Positions 1 through 7,918 of a stretch of DNA of 64,000 bases are shown in pieces. Under the pieces are notes generated by a model. That model did no database searches and was not told where the DNA came from. It saw nothing but the letters and a program-made list of their open reading frames with translations. Positions within the stretch are counted from its first letter, which is position 1. Each line of letters starts with the position of its first letter. The DNA lies in NCBI GenBank assembly GCA_963778115.1, contig CAVZSV010000004.1, forward strand, positions 194,607 to 258,606, read 5' to 3'. The stretch comes from an uncultured delta proteobacterium. GTDB lineage: Bacteria; Bdellovibrionota; FAC87; UBA2466. Position numbers and translations under genes: made by a program.

Positions 1-40
1 CAGCACCAGCAATCTGATTTCTTGATTTCTGAACCCAAAG

Positions 41-100
41 GCTAGAGCTACTGCTAGCGCTAGTGATCAAGGTGTCCGCTTCGCGGACAACATTTCAGTT
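41..100 (+). repeat. Degenerate hexamer tandem repeat (GCTAGN x4) + GATCAAGG + small hairpin; left end of a four-helix-bundle-gene element
   Basis: GCTAGA GCTACT GCTAGC GCTAGT GATCAA GG..; homologous to 6627-6685. Confidence 0.7.
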
Positions 101-171
101 ATCCGCGCTCCCTACTCACTCTTTACGAACTCCACGCAAAACTCTAGGACTGGCCCAAGAAGGAGACACCT

Positions 172-315
172 ATGGCGTTCATGTTTGAAAAACTGGAGGT
201 TTATCAAAAATCACTGGACTGGGTTCAACTCGTCGAAGGCTTGATAAGAGACGCCACAAAAGGTGTCACTCTCCTTTCGGGCTCAAAAGGTACGGGTCAT
301 ATTTCGAAAAGATGA
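172..315 (+). pseudogene. Four helix bundle protein (23S rRNA IVP / TIGR02436-like), N-terminal fragment truncated by hairpin element
   Basis: AAGGAG RBS, then MAFMFEKLEVYQKSLDWVQLVEGLIRD.. (FEKLEVYQKS family start); the frame runs into the repeat at 254 and stops at 315. Confidence 0.75.
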
Positions 316-377
316 CCCGTACCTAAAGGGCCCGCAAGGCTAATCATGGATCTGAAAGTGTCACTCTCCTTCCGGGC
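254..377 (+). repeat. 124-bp direct repeat copy 1 (hairpin element type A + start of type B)
   Basis: Identical to 1158-1281; inner 13-bp stem AGGTACGGGTCAT/ATGACCCGTACCT. Confidence 0.95.
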
Positions 378-449
378 CCAAAAAGTACGGGTCATCGGTC
401 GTTAGACATGACCCGTTCCGAAAGGGCCCTAAAGGAGAGTCACACCTTT
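355..449. repeat. ~95-bp nested palindrome, type B copy 1 (REP/REPIN-like)
   Basis: GTGTCACTCTCCTT..GGGCCC..ACGGGTCAT loop ATGACCCGT..GGGCCC..AAGGAGAGTCACAC; 2 mismatches vs 987-1078. Confidence 0.9.
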
Positions 450-509
450 TCCCCTTTTCCATTGACATCACGCATCCCCCTTCCTTATATCGCTTCCAAA
501 GGGGGGTCT

Positions 510-980
510 ATGAGACTTCAGACGGCTCTTTTGATCTTGATACTTTCTCTGTCTGAGATCGCTCAAGCGTCTAAGCATAACGTGTTTGTTTGCAAGACGG
601 GAAACCGATCCATTGCCAATGGTTATTATCTCTTTGCCTATGATGAAAAAGGAGCCATTACCAAGGGCAACCGGGCTGGATATTGCGAGATTACTATCAG
701 TGCGGATGGTAAGCCCTTTGGGGAATACTGGTGCTGGGTCGCGGACACTGAAACCGCGAAGACCGAGGAAGGTCAGCTCGCGATCCTATTTAAAAAATCA
801 CTAGGTGACGGGGCCTATCTTTATACCCAGCTGAACCTGCCTGCTACTCTCCTAGAGGACAAACGAGGCGAAGGACGATACCGAACGCTGAGCCGCCATC
901 CCAAGGACCTCGAGAAATCTCTTTCTCAGAAAGAAGATGTGATTAGCTGCGAAGAAGAGTCGGTCGAGTTTACGGAATAG
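510..980 (+). CDS. Hypothetical secreted protein (156 aa) flanked by hairpin elements
   Basis: GGGGGG RBS then MRLQTALLILILSLSEIAQA signal peptide; TTGACA at 462; the ORF-track start at 408 lies inside the repeat. Confidence 0.8.
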   Translation: MRLQTALLILILSLSEIAQASKHNVFVCKTGNRSIANGYYLFAYDEKGAITKGNRAGYCEITISADGKPFGEYWCWVADTETAKTEEGQLAILFKKSLGDGAYLYTQLNLPATLLEDKRGEGRYRTLSRHPKDLEKSLSQKEDVISCEEESVEFTE

Positions 981-983
981 GAG

Positions 984-1078
984 AAGGTGTCACTCTCCTT
1001 CCGGGCCCAAAAAGTACGGGTCATCGGTCGTTAGACGTGACCCGTTCCGAAAGGGCCCTAAAGGAGAGTGACACCTTT
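984..1078. repeat. ~95-bp nested palindrome, type B copy 2
   Basis: Perfect 17-bp outer arms AAGGTGTCACTCTCCTT/AAGGAGAGTGACACCTT, starting 3 nt after the stop at 980. Confidence 0.9.
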
Positions 1079-1090
1079 AAATTTAAAAAT

Positions 1091-1219
1091 ATGAGTTTAG
1101 GAGACGCTCTCAAAAAGGCCGGGCTTAAAAGCAGTGAGATGAAACGCAAGGAAGCTCCCACAAAAGGTGTCACTCTCCTTTCGGGCTCAAAAGGTACGGG
1201 TCATATTTCGAAAAGATGA
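1091..1219 (+). pseudogene. Short 5' gene fragment (MSLGDALKKAGLKSSEMKRKEAP) truncated by hairpin element
   Basis: Protein-like N-terminus running into the same CCACAAAAGGTGTC junction as the 172 fragment. Confidence 0.4.
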
Positions 1220-1281
1220 CCCGTACCTAAAGGGCCCGCAAGGCTAATCATGGATCTGAAAGTGTCACTCTCCTTCCGGGC
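1158..1281 (+). repeat. 124-bp direct repeat copy 2 (type A + partial type B left arm)
   Basis: Identical to 254-377. Confidence 0.95.
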
Positions 1282-1537
1282 TTCCCCTAGCGTGGGGAAG
1301 AAAAAAGAAGGCTGAACAACAAAGCAAAAATACTTAAGATCAGCATAAAAACTGCGCCAAAATGCTCGAAGACTTTTTTAGTCTTCCAATCGCGGGCCAA
1401 TTCCCGAAAACACACCTGCATCGTAAGTCTGTGCTCCTGAAGTGATCAGTTGGGGAGTCGATGCGTCGCCTGCGGCGAGTTGGATATCAACGATCGTGGA
1501 AGCACTCTTCGAGTTCAAAACGTGCATCTGCGAAATA

Positions 1538-1882
1538 CTACATGGCCCCCATCGCTCTCACTTCCATGATTTCCACCGAGGCCCGAGGAATTCCCAAATG
1601 AGGGTGCTTTTCGAAAGCCTTTGCGGCCGCTTCATGCGATTCAGCCTCCACAAACGAATACAACATGATTTCGTTTCTCGTGTCCGATGTACCCTCAGAG
1701 GAAACACGCTTGGTCCTGCCTCCGGCCGCCGTTTCCTTTATCATCGTTGCATGATCGCTCATCCATTTTTGCCACTCTGCGCGCATTTTTTCTTCGGCCG
1801 ATTTTCTTTTGTCGGGATCGGTCTTCTTCCAATCGTCAATCACGGTTGTCGGCGCGAGATATAAAACAAGAAATTTTTTCAT
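1538..1882 (-). CDS. YCII/DGPF-related small protein
   Basis: MKKFLVLY..W.KW..H...G.TKRV...YS.VEAES.E.A...F..HPH pattern; AAGGAG RBS. Confidence 0.7.
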   Translation of the reverse strand: MKKFLVLYLAPTTVIDDWKKTDPDKRKSAEEKMRAEWQKWMSDHATMIKETAAGGRTKRVSSEGTSDTRNEIMLYSFVEAESHEAAAKAFEKHPHLGIPRASVEIMEVRAMGAM

Positions 1883-1945
1883 AAAAGTCTCCTTGGAATA
1901 GAAATTCTACATGCTAGTCATAAATCTGCAACCTAGTCGTCCTTT

Positions 1946-2845
1946 TCAAACGATATAGCCTTTCATTTTCGCTTCGATCCATGCCATCAATAACTGAACT
2001 CTACGCGCTAGATTTCTGCGATGGGGGAAAATCAATGAAACGGGCATGGGCTCGGCTCGATATCGGGGAAGGATCTCAATTAGCTCCTTCTTAAGAAAAT
2101 GAGACTTCACCGCCACTAAGGGGGTTTGGATGATTCCGTGCCCAGCCAAACATGCCGAAAGGTAGGCCTCCGAATTATTTACGGTCACTCTCCCGTTCAT
2201 CCTCACGTTTCTAGGCCTCTCCCCATCGAAATACTCGAAACCTTCTGGTTTTGCCCCTAAGTTAGCGGCGTAGTGGACCAACTCGTGTTTTTCCAAATCT
2301 TTGGTCTGCTGGGGAATACCTTTCTTCTTGAGATATTTACGGCTCGCGCAATTCACGAGGGTAAGCTTTCCCAAACTCCTTACCATTAACCCTGAATCTG
2401 TGAGCTCCCCAACCCTAATCACACAATCAAAGCCCTCTCGGATTAAATCCACTCTTCTGTCAGTGCTACTGAGTTCGATCTCCACTTTGGGGTGCTTATC
2501 CAAAAACTCAGACAGCCGGGGAACTATTAAACTCTTAGCGATACCGTTAGGCATATCGATACGAACACGCCCGGCAACTTGCTTTGCCTCCCCCTGAAAC
2601 AAGGATTCAGCTTCTTCAATATCAAAGAGAATGTCCTTGCAGCGATCGTAGAAAATCATTCCGTCTTGAGTCATTTCCACTCGGCGTGTCGTTCGATGCA
2701 GCAGCCTAACCCCCATTAGGGATTCTAGTTGTTGCAAATAAGTAGAGATGCTGGCCTTGGGCATTCCGAGACTCTCCGCAGCTTTGGTGAAGCTCGAAAG
2801 TTCCGCTACTCGAGTAAAGATTCTAAAGGCTTCTAGTTTATCCAT
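1946..2845 (-). CDS. LysR family transcriptional regulator (CrgA-like)
   Basis: N-terminal HTH SSFTKAAESLG..LLHRTTRRV; DLIREGFDCVIRVG. Confidence 0.95.
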   Translation of the reverse strand: MDKLEAFRIFTRVAELSSFTKAAESLGMPKASISTYLQQLESLMGVRLLHRTTRRVEMTQDGMIFYDRCKDILFDIEEAESLFQGEAKQVAGRVRIDMPNGIAKSLIVPRLSEFLDKHPKVEIELSSTDRRVDLIREGFDCVIRVGELTDSGLMVRSLGKLTLVNCASRKYLKKKGIPQQTKDLEKHELVHYAANLGAKPEGFEYFDGERPRNVRMNGRVTVNNSEAYLSACLAGHGIIQTPLVAVKSHFLKKELIEILPRYRAEPMPVSLIFPHRRNLARRVQLLMAWIEAKMKGYIV

Positions 2846-2855
2846 TTGAGGCTAC

Positions 2856-2878
2856 ATTATTCGTATTTCGCGAACAGT
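2856..2878. promoter_or_regulatory. Putative LysR operator (T-N11-A dyad)
   Basis: ATTATTCG-N7-CGAACAGT between divergent lysR and SDR. Confidence 0.5.
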
Positions 2879-2970
2879 ATAGTCAATATACGGTTATTTA
2901 TACCATTACGCCGAACTGTTAATTTTAAGCCGCGAAAGCAATCAAGCTTTCTCGTTGAAAGAGGAACCAA

Positions 2971-3723
2971 ATGAAAATTGCATTAATAACCGGCGCAAGT
3001 CGGGGACTTGGACAAAACACAGCGTTAAATTTGGCCAAACAAGGGATTGATGTGATCCTTACCTACAAAACCAATCAAAAAGAGGCGGAGCAAGTGGTTG
3101 GTCAAATTCAAAAACTCGAACGAAGGGCGGTTGCTCTGCCCTTAGACGTCGGTGACACGAAGTCCTTCAATGAATTTGTTATCCACGTTATGAGGGTTCT
3201 CAAATCGTCTTGGGACAGAGATTCATTCGACTATTTAATCAACAATGCGGGGATGGGAAAGTACGCTTCGATTTCGCAAACAACGGAAGAACAATTCGAT
3301 GAGCTGATGAACGTCCATTTTAAGGGAACCTTTTTCCTGACCCAAAAACTGCTGCCATTAATTGCCCAGAACGGCCGCATCATTAATCTTTCGAGCGGGC
3401 TTACTCGCTTTGCAACTCCCGGGTACGCCGCTTACGCATCGATGAAAGGTGCGATCGAGGTCTTTACTAGATACCTGGCGAAGGAATTGGGAAGCCGTGG
3501 CATCGCCGTCAATACGGTAGCCCCTGGGGCCATCGAAACCGATTTTGGGGGAGGCTTAGTCCGCGACAACCAAGAAGTAAATGCTCACATTGCTTCTCAG
3601 ACTGCCCTAGGCAGAGTCGGAGTGCCCGATGATATTGGTGGGGCAATTGCCAGTTTGCTGCTGGAAGAGAATCGATGGGTAAATGCTCAAAGAATTGAGA
3701 TCTCTGGCGGAATGTTCTTGTAG
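2971..3723 (+). CDS. Short-chain dehydrogenase/reductase
   Basis: TGASRGLG, NNAG, YAAYASMK motifs. Confidence 0.95.
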   Translation: MKIALITGASRGLGQNTALNLAKQGIDVILTYKTNQKEAEQVVGQIQKLERRAVALPLDVGDTKSFNEFVIHVMRVLKSSWDRDSFDYLINNAGMGKYASISQTTEEQFDELMNVHFKGTFFLTQKLLPLIAQNGRIINLSSGLTRFATPGYAAYASMKGAIEVFTRYLAKELGSRGIAVNTVAPGAIETDFGGGLVRDNQEVNAHIASQTALGRVGVPDDIGGAIASLLLEENRWVNAQRIEISGGMFL

Positions 3724-3727
3724 ACAG

Positions 3728-3776
3728 AAATTGGGAGCAGTCAACTTTCGGTGCCAAAGGTTGACTGCCCCGATTT
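3728..3776. terminator. Long inverted repeat between convergent genes (terminator or REP-like)
   Basis: AAATTGGGAGCAGTCAACTTT / AAAGGTTGACTGCCCCGATTT. Confidence 0.6.
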
Positions 3777-3786
3777 GAAATGTCTC

Positions 3787-4362
3787 TTACTCGCAAACGA
3801 ATTTAATGCTCGTATTGTCTACGAGATTCGAATGTCCCGTGTCGTCATCGGGCTCTCCCACCGAAGCGGTCCAGATACGCGCCTTCACTGAGTTTTTCTT
3901 GTGGGCTTTAAGAGCAGCCTCATCCACATAGAGGTAGAAATGGCTACCATAAGAGTCGTCCACGACCGAGACGGCGTCGTTCACGAACACCTCTTGTGGG
4001 GCAGCCTTACCCTTCTTCGCTTTCTTCCCCTTCTTGACTCGACTTGTAGCAACTTTCTTTTTTAGTTCGATGGAAGATTCCTGTTTAAATTTGTCCTCAC
4101 CGAGAGCTACGGGAAGCGTGATGGCTTTACCCTTGCTATCAGCGAGCTTGAGGGTTGCCTTATTTCCCTTAACGTCAATGGTAATGGTCTCCACTGAGAT
4201 AAGATCTTCAAAATCGGGATCTCGATCTTCTGCTTCCACCTCGGTCTTAACGTCATCCTTGCTGCAAGAGATCTCAACCGCGCTAGCGCGTTCACAAGTC
4301 GCGCTGATTCCGACTCCCAACACAAGCAGTCCGCTCAAAATCAACTCTCCACGTACGTTCAT
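3787..4362 (-). CDS. Hypothetical secreted protein
   Basis: GAGGAT RBS, hydrophobic signal region, Lys-rich insert. Confidence 0.7.
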   Translation of the reverse strand: MNVRGELILSGLLVLGVGISATCERASAVEISCSKDDVKTEVEAEDRDPDFEDLISVETITIDVKGNKATLKLADSKGKAITLPVALGEDKFKQESSIELKKKVATSRVKKGKKAKKGKAAPQEVFVNDAVSVVDDSYGSHFYLYVDEAALKAHKKNSVKARIWTASVGEPDDDTGHSNLVDNTSIKFVCE

Positions 4363-4607
4363 GGCTATCCTCATCATACTTTGCCGGCACCCCAATGGTT
4401 CGGCTTACGGCCGAGAGGTAACGCAATGCAAATCCTGGGTCAATTGGGTTTTCATTAGATTCATCCAAGCGAAAATAGCGTCCGTAAATAGTCGATTTCA
4501 TAGCAATTCAAAGCTGGATTCCGTCCTTGTGCGAGAGGGAGTTGGAGTAGAAACGGGAATGGGATCAATCAATCAACTCTTGTTGCCCAGAGCTTCGTCG
4601 CTACGTC

Positions 4608-4928
4608 TCACTCGCCCTCCCAAGTCACCGTTACGTGGGTTATCTCTGCGAACCATTTCGAATCACATATTGCATAACCAAAACGCCGATTATCGCGTTC
4701 ATCAATGGCTTCGAAATAAAAGACACTGCCGCTGACTGGAAGCGAAAAATAGGGTCCTGTCCTAATAAAACGTAGCCGCGCCCGCACTAGAGTTAAACCA
4801 TTCTTTTCACACCATTCACGGAGCAGAACTTCCCTTCCCTTACAGAGTAGGTACGCGGTAAGACAAGCAAAAATGCCTCCGAAAACAACTAGAAACAAAA
4901 ATAGCGGTTTGTAGTTTGGAGATTCCAT
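4608..4928 (-). CDS. Small membrane-anchored hypothetical protein
   Basis: N-terminal TM helix; GAGGAT RBS. Confidence 0.65.
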   Translation of the reverse strand: MESPNYKPLFLFLVVFGGIFACLTAYLLCKGREVLLREWCEKNGLTLVRARLRFIRTGPYFSLPVSGSVFYFEAIDERDNRRFGYAICDSKWFAEITHVTVTWEGE

Positions 4929-5161
4929 TGAGCATCCTCGTATTTAACTGAACTAATACCACTGTGGATTAGTTTTACGCATTCACTTAATCCGTTTAGA
5001 GCACTTTTCTAGGCTGGAGTATTCACGGTAAAAACGGGACCCTGAGCTGACGAGTAAGGTTCAGTCACTAAGTCTTCGTTCTCTTGCGGATCGAGCCATT
5101 CGCAGAGATAATGTTGTTTTAAGTCTCCCCGTAAACGACTTACTCACTATCCGGAGAAAAT

Positions 5162-5515
5162 ATGAAAAAGCTAGCTAATTTTGGTATCGCTTGCTTCGCG
5201 TTTGCCGTAACCAACGCGTACGCCGCGCATTACGATGTTCCACAGCTTATACAGATTCAAAAATCGACCAAAGAACCCATACAACTTATCTTCGACGAAA
5301 AGAGCGATGGGTGCTTTGCGGGTTCTGATTTAAAAATGCTGTTGCTGGCAGGAGCTGAAGTTACGCTCGAGTCCTGCAATTACGCTCTGAGCGAGCTCCT
5401 AGAACTGTCAAAGTATGGTCATCTAACCGTGGTAGCTAATACATCGAACGGCGCCTGGGACGTGAATAGTTTGACACAAATGGCTGCCGCCGGAATTAAA
5501 GTCATTATTCATTAA
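5162..5515 (+). CDS. Hypothetical secreted protein
   Basis: GGAG RBS; signal peptide ending AYA. Confidence 0.7.
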   Translation: MKKLANFGIACFAFAVTNAYAAHYDVPQLIQIQKSTKEPIQLIFDEKSDGCFAGSDLKMLLLAGAEVTLESCNYALSELLELSKYGHLTVVANTSNGAWDVNSLTQMAAAGIKVIIH

Positions 5516-5548
5516 GTAATGGGGTCGGCTGACTGGCGACAAAGCCTC

Positions 5549-6359
5549 ATGAAAAAGCAAATCCTGATTCATATCGACTCCGATTCGTTTCCTTTCTCGG
5601 TGGAAGGGGCGGTCGGCTACGGGGCGCAAGAGGTTTTGATTGCTAAAGACGACAACCTGATTTCAGCACTGAGCTGGCGAGATCTCGGATATACGGTGGT
5701 GCCTTTTATCGATGAGGTGAACTTCGGAAAGCTAAAGCAAGGCATTACGGAGCTTTTGAAGAACATCGTGGAGCTAAGGCTTAAAGTTCCCTGTGAGGAA
5801 TTTAGTCTAGCTACCTACCACCGGTATGTGGATTCCAACGACAAACACCTCAAAGTGGTGGGAGACTTTCGTAGTTCGCTTCCTTTGACTCAATTTCCTA
5901 TCGATCCTGATTTGGTCTTTGATTCGAGCCTCCCAACTATTAGAAATTCCCGTGGGCCCCGGGAAACTCGAACCTCATTTCGGCATCCGAGTAGTGAGAC
6001 CGCACAGTCACGATCACAATCCTCCCCATAAAGATGTCTGGCTCGATCGTCTGCGCAACGCCGTAAACCTATACGCGCCGCTAGCCGGCAGTGATGCAAA
6101 GTCTTCTCTGCCTCTGATTCCCGGCAGCCACTACTGGAAAGAATCCGAAATCGAGCGAACGCTGGAAGGAGCAAAAGGAGCATTCCTCTACACCGTTCCC
6201 GCGGTGACCGACGCTAAATTCCCTTTGAAGTTTTTGCGTCCGAATCCTAAGCAGAACGAGGCTTTGTTTTTCTCGCCTTACTTGATTCACGGGGGAGGTG
6301 TTAACCTCAATGAAGACACTACTCGAGTGTCTTTAGAGATGCGGTTCTGGCGGAAGTAA
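5549..6359 (+). pseudogene. Phytanoyl-CoA dioxygenase-like 2OG-Fe(II) oxygenase, frameshifted near 5922
   Basis: ORFs 5519-6031 and 5919-6359 join if one T is removed in TTTGATTCGAGCC; HxD (PHKD), distal H (LIHGGG), R-x-S (RVSLEMRF). Confidence 0.75.
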
Positions 6360-6375
6360 CTCTGTGGGTCGTTTC

Positions 6376-6600
6376 TTATGACCTCTTAGGATGAGAACAT
6401 TTATAGGCGGTCCCGCTTATCTGAGACTGAGTATTGCTCCACACTCCCCCACCCAATTGATTATTGTGGATAAGAATATTGGTGGCACCCATCTTGGCGG
6501 CATTGTTTCGCATGTCGTTCATGGCATACGTCTGAAGATCGTGATCGCTGATCGTCCTCCAAACGCTCCTCCACCTTTTCCGTAGACTCTTGGCCCCCAT
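6376..6600 (-). pseudogene. DUF4156-like lipoprotein remnant (5' truncated, frameshifted)
   Basis: AMNDMRNNAAKMGATNI..GTAYKC; the upstream VYGKGGGAFGG segment lies in another frame. Confidence 0.6.
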
Positions 6601-6626
6601 GACGATATTTGCCCTCTCAAAAAAAT

Positions 6627-6735
6627 GCTAGGGCTAGTGCAAGAGCTAGTGATCAAGGCTTGCACTTCGGCACGACATCTCACTGAAGGCGGATTTTAGA
6701 TGTCATCCCTCACTAGCACTAGCTTTAGCCGTAGC
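6627..6735. mobile_element. 109-bp MITE-like element with inverted terminal GCTAGN hexamer arrays
   Basis: Left GCTAGG GCTAGT GCAAGA GCTAGT GA; right (revcomp) GCTACG GCTAAA GCTAGT GCTAGT GA; internal GACATCT/AGATGTC; left end homologous to 41-100. Confidence 0.6.
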
Positions 6736-6976
6736 TCTTTTTGACTCCCTTTTCCTATAGCCCCTCATTGACGGATAAAGACTTCATGAGAGCCCCCAAA
6801 ATATTTGAAGTGAGACAGCCAACGCCGTTAAATGATGGCGCCGAATGTACCTCCCTTCTGCTTTAGACACTTAGTGGCAAACTTAGGTCGTTTACGATGG
6901 CTTATTTTCCGTTGGTTTACATACCGTCCCTGTCGATGCTAGGGTATCCGCCAAATTCCTTATAAGGAGAAAAGAC

Positions 6977-7249
6977 ATGAGCACCATTAACGCCAGCCAT
7001 ATTCTTGTGGAAACAGAACATGAAGCCCAGGACCTGGTGAAAAAACTTGCCGAAGGGAAAAGCTTTGAAACGCTCGCGAAAGAGTTTTCCAAGTGTCCTT
7101 CAAAAGCCGACGGCGGATCTTTAGGCACTTTCGGAAAGGGCCAGATGGTCCAACCCTTTGAAACCGCGGCGTTCAATCTCAAAGTGGGAGAAGTTTCAGG
7201 ACCGGTGAGAACCCAGTTCGGCTACCATTTGATTAAACGAACCGCTTAG
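6977..7249 (+). CDS. ppiC: Parvulin-type peptidyl-prolyl isomerase
   Basis: ASHILV, SKCPS..GGSLG.F..GQMV, TQFGYHLI. Confidence 0.92.
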   Translation: MSTINASHILVETEHEAQDLVKKLAEGKSFETLAKEFSKCPSKADGGSLGTFGKGQMVQPFETAAFNLKVGEVSGPVRTQFGYHLIKRTA

Positions 7250-7253
7250 CCGC

Positions 7254-7829
7254 ATGAGTACGGGACGTCTGGAGGCTTTTAGCGATGGAGTCATCGCCAT
7301 CATCATTACTATTATGGTGCTGGAGCTGAGAGTCCCCCATGCGCCGGATATGGCAGCTTTACGGCCGCTTTTTCCGGTGCTTCTGAGTTACGTCTTAAGT
7401 TTCATTTACATCGGGATCTACTGGAACAACCACCACCATCTCATGCATGCTGCTGAAACGGTAAGTGGAGCCATCCTTTGGACGAATCTTCTGCTACTGT
7501 TTTGGTTGTCACTCGTTCCCTTTGTCACCGCCTGGATGGGGGTGAATTTCTTTGCCCCCTGTCCGGTGTTCCTTTATGGCGTTGTTTTGATTTGCTCGGC
7601 ACTTGCTTACTATGTTTTGACGCGCGCGCTCGTTGCTCACCACGGAAGAAATTCAGCTTTGGCTCGTGCTCTAGGAGATGACTTCAAAGGTAAGATTTCA
7701 ATCGTCATCTACGCCGTCGCCCTGCCCCTTTGTTTCTGGAATCCATGGGTAAGCTTAGTAATGTACGCTTTGGTAGCGGCGATCTGGTTTATTCCGGATC
7801 GACGCTTAGAGACACGAACAAAAAAATAG
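7254..7829 (+). CDS. TMEM175 family potassium channel
   Basis: RLEAFSDGVIAIIITIMVLEL; YWNNHH. Confidence 0.95.
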   Translation: MSTGRLEAFSDGVIAIIITIMVLELRVPHAPDMAALRPLFPVLLSYVLSFIYIGIYWNNHHHLMHAAETVSGAILWTNLLLLFWLSLVPFVTAWMGVNFFAPCPVFLYGVVLICSALAYYVLTRALVAHHGRNSALARALGDDFKGKISIVIYAVALPLCFWNPWVSLVMYALVAAIWFIPDRRLETRTKK

Positions 7830-7862
7830 CACACTACCTTCGACTCACATTCAAAAAAGCTA

Positions 7863-7871
7863 TGGTATAAT
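7863..7871 (+). promoter_or_regulatory. Extended -10 promoter element
   Basis: TGgTATAAT upstream of the 7919 gene. Confidence 0.55.
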
Positions 7872-7918
7872 TTCTTCACCGCCTCAACTCTCATCACCAA
7901 ATATTAAGGAGAAAAAAC

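Noticed and set aside
172-315. Diversity-generating retroelement (Avd-like gene)
   Set aside because: No reverse transcriptase and no TR/VR pair with A-specific mismatches seen.
408-509. MTRSERALKES N-terminus shared by ORF-track entries 408 and 1037
   Set aside because: Both are translations of the repeat arm; the real start is at 510 (RBS + signal peptide).
355-1078. Canonical integron attC sites
   Set aside because: No RYYYAAC/GTTRRRY at the element ends (GTTAGAC is in the loop) and no integrase in the window.
254-1281. CRISPR array
   Set aside because: Repeats are 80-124 bp, spacing is irregular (15, ~535, ~80 bp) and no cas genes are present.
5040-5100. Hammerhead ribozyme or riboswitch (CTGACGAG)
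   Set aside because: No downstream stem II-GAAA or supporting helices found.
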